Assembly (NCBI GenBank): GCA_038046645.1
Contig: JBBSVU010000021.1
Location: forward strand, 1-17,673
Direction: 5' to 3'
From: an archaeon
GTDB lineage: Archaea; Iainarchaeota; Iainarchaeia; Iainarchaeales; 0-14-0-20-34-12
DNA: 17,673 nucleotides
Below the pieces are notes generated by a model that worked only from the letters and a program-made list of their open reading frames with translations, was not told the DNA's origin and did no database searches. The position numbers were made by a program, and so were the translations under genes. Of the stretch, positions 15,895 to 17,673 are shown piece by piece. Numbering within the stretch: position 1 is the stretch's first letter; every line of letters starts with the position of its first letter.

Positions 15895-16986
15895 CTAACC
15901 ATAAACAATTTTTTCAGCAGTTTTCTGCTTCTTTTCAGCTTCCTTCTGGTGCTTTTCCAAAAATTTCAGGACAAAATTAGCGCAGAATTTTTTGCAATCC
16001 CCACATAGCCATTTTCCTTGCCTGCATTCAGTAAATATTCTTTCAACTTCCTTGTCATCTTCATAATGGAACTTTAACATTTCATGCACTTTGCAAATAT
16101 CTGGATTGCCGCCTAATTTCCTTTGCTCTTCAATTGTATTCCTGCCGCCTGTGAATGCGCCCATCAGCTTTTTCTCAGCATCTTTCAGGTTATCGTCCAA
16201 GAAAATGGCAGTATTCGGCTCTGATGAGGACATTTTTTTGCCTTCCCGCAACCCTGATTGGTGTTTAAAATAAATGAAACTCGGAACTTCAAGGTCATAG
16301 CCCAATCTTTGCGCTATATCCCTTGTCACACGGGCATGCGGATCCTGGTCCAAGCCAATGCCTGTGATGGAAGGCATTTTTCCTTCATACTCTGAAAGCT
16401 GCGGATGCAAAATATCCCCATACTGAAGAATAGCGGCAGATATTTTCCCCAAATTTACATGGCCATAAACAGCCTCAAATTCATTATTCGTAATCTTTTT
16501 GCTTAATTCAAATGCAAATTCATAATATCTTTGCTCTTTCCTGCTCTGCACATACACATCCTTTTCGCTTAACCCCAAAGAAAGCACATGTTTCAGGTTA
16601 TTTACTGCTAATTCCTTTGCCTGCTTCATTGCCGTTATTTTATCCCTTGAACAATAAGCATCAATGTCAGAAACAGCAAAATAATTCCTTGCGCCTTTCT
16701 CCTTGAAGAACCTGAAAAGGTCAATATCAACTTTATGCCCGAAGTGCAATGGGCCTGATGAAGCTATCCCAGTAATATTCACAAATGGTTTTTTTGCTTT
16801 TATCCTTGCAATTACCTTTGCAAAATCCCTTTCAGCTATAACTAAATTTCTTCTAAACAATAAATGATCCAAGTCCTTTTTCCATTCATCATTAAAGGCT
16901 TTTAACCCAAATTCTTTGAATACATGTTCATAGTCAGTTATGTTATTTGAGGACCATGGGTCAATCAAAGGCTTGTTTTCAGTCAT
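15895..16986 (-). CDS. trpS: Tryptophan--tRNA ligase, archaeal type
   Basis: 363 aa from ATG 16986. IDPWS N-terminus, HIGH-like SGPLHFGH, GLDQDPH, KMSSS, AFTGGR..EEQRKLGG and C-terminal CGDCK. Confidence 0.96.
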   Translation of the reverse strand: MTENKPLIDPWSSNNITDYEHVFKEFGLKAFNDEWKKDLDHLLFRRNLVIAERDFAKVIARIKAKKPFVNITGIASSGPLHFGHKVDIDLFRFFKEKGARNYFAVSDIDAYCSRDKITAMKQAKELAVNNLKHVLSLGLSEKDVYVQSRKEQRYYEFAFELSKKITNNEFEAVYGHVNLGKISAAILQYGDILHPQLSEYEGKMPSITGIGLDQDPHARVTRDIAQRLGYDLEVPSFIYFKHQSGLREGKKMSSSEPNTAIFLDDNLKDAEKKLMGAFTGGRNTIEEQRKLGGNPDICKVHEMLKFHYEDDKEVERIFTECRQGKWLCGDCKKFCANFVLKFLEKHQKEAEKKQKTAEKIVYG

Positions 16987-17109
16987 AAAAACCAACAAAT
17001 TTAGTCAAATATAGTATTTGTTTATTGTTTAACTATTATTAAATTAATCCCTTCTATTATATTAATAAATATTAAACAAATCTAAAGATAAACACAAATA
17101 GTGTTACTT

Positions 17110-17625
17110 ATGGAAGATTTTGCAACATTGATTGAGAATAAAATAATAGTGGACGACAAAAGAACTATTGATCGCCTGATTCAAAAAGGATTCGGCGAAA
17201 GGCAGGAAAAAGACCTTGTGCTTGACCTGAAAGAAGCAATTTATCTAATTGATAAAGGCGATTTGGAAGTAAAAAAATCCAATAAAAAAGTTACCTACAA
17301 AAAATTGTTTGAATTAGGCGAATCTTTGGATAAAAAATTCTATTCCACTTATTTGGTTTTCAAGGATTTAAGGGACAGAGGCTTTGTTGTAAAAACAGGC
17401 CTGAAATTCGGCTTCCCTTTAAGGGTTTATCCAAGAGGAAAGAAACCAGGGGAAGAACACACACAATGGGTCATAAATGTTTCAACACAAGAAGAGATTT
17501 ATTCAATGCCTGAATTAAGCAGGATGGTTAGATTGGCAAGAAATTTGAATACTATTTTATTGCAAGCTATTGTTGATTCAGAGAATGACATAAATTATTA
17601 CGAAACAAAAAGGATTACTCCCTGA
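17110..17625 (+). CDS. endA: tRNA-intron lyase (tRNA splicing endonuclease) subunit
   Basis: 171 aa from ATG 17110. LDLKEAIYL, YLVFKDLRDRGFVVKTGLKFG, RVY..H, AIVDSENDINYY and C-terminal RITP. Confidence 0.92.
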   Translation: MEDFATLIENKIIVDDKRTIDRLIQKGFGERQEKDLVLDLKEAIYLIDKGDLEVKKSNKKVTYKKLFELGESLDKKFYSTYLVFKDLRDRGFVVKTGLKFGFPLRVYPRGKKPGEEHTQWVINVSTQEEIYSMPELSRMVRLARNLNTILLQAIVDSENDINYYETKRITP

Positions 17626-17673
17626 TTGCCCCTTATGCCTATTGTGCATTGAGCTGTTTTTTTGATAGCTAGC

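Noticed and set aside
260..16706. Numerous 60-125 aa ORFs antisense to, or out of frame within, the main genes (e.g. 726..917, 3171..3542, 5563..5895, 14278..14655, 16512..16706)
   Set aside because: They overlap well-supported genes and show no recognisable motifs; these are typical shadow ORFs.
17626..17673. 3' end of a minus-strand gene at the right edge
   Set aside because: Only 48 bp; frame and identity cannot be established.

Overview
AT-rich, gene-dense archaeal window. The evidence is an archaeal-type TrpRS, a tRNA-splicing endonuclease, a C/D box sRNA, TATA-like promoters and GGTGA-type RBSs; a DPANN-like lineage is plausible but is only inference. The backbone encodes a ZIP metal transporter, an unusual 804-aa double ATP-grasp ligase (carnosine-synthase/L-amino-acid-ligase-like module fused to a non-canonical Ddl-like module), a PPC/DUF296-like protein, a DUF2207 membrane protein, two Ca2+/Na+ antiporters, a CPA1 Na+/H+ antiporter, a Spo0M/arrestin-like protein, a GpgS-like glycosyltransferase-HAD phosphatase fusion, trpS and endA. 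The intergenic DNA at 7658-7718 is a canonical archaeal C/D box guide RNA. Its last 12 bp are repeated exactly at 11026-11037. The two copies bracket a 3.3-kb integrase-free islet (HTH-Fic, AbiE-like type IV toxin-antitoxin pair, small Zn-finger gene) rich in operator-like palindromes, which suggests a defence/TA islet integrated at a C/D box sRNA gene. Family assignments come from motifs recognised by eye and from memory; no searches were run.
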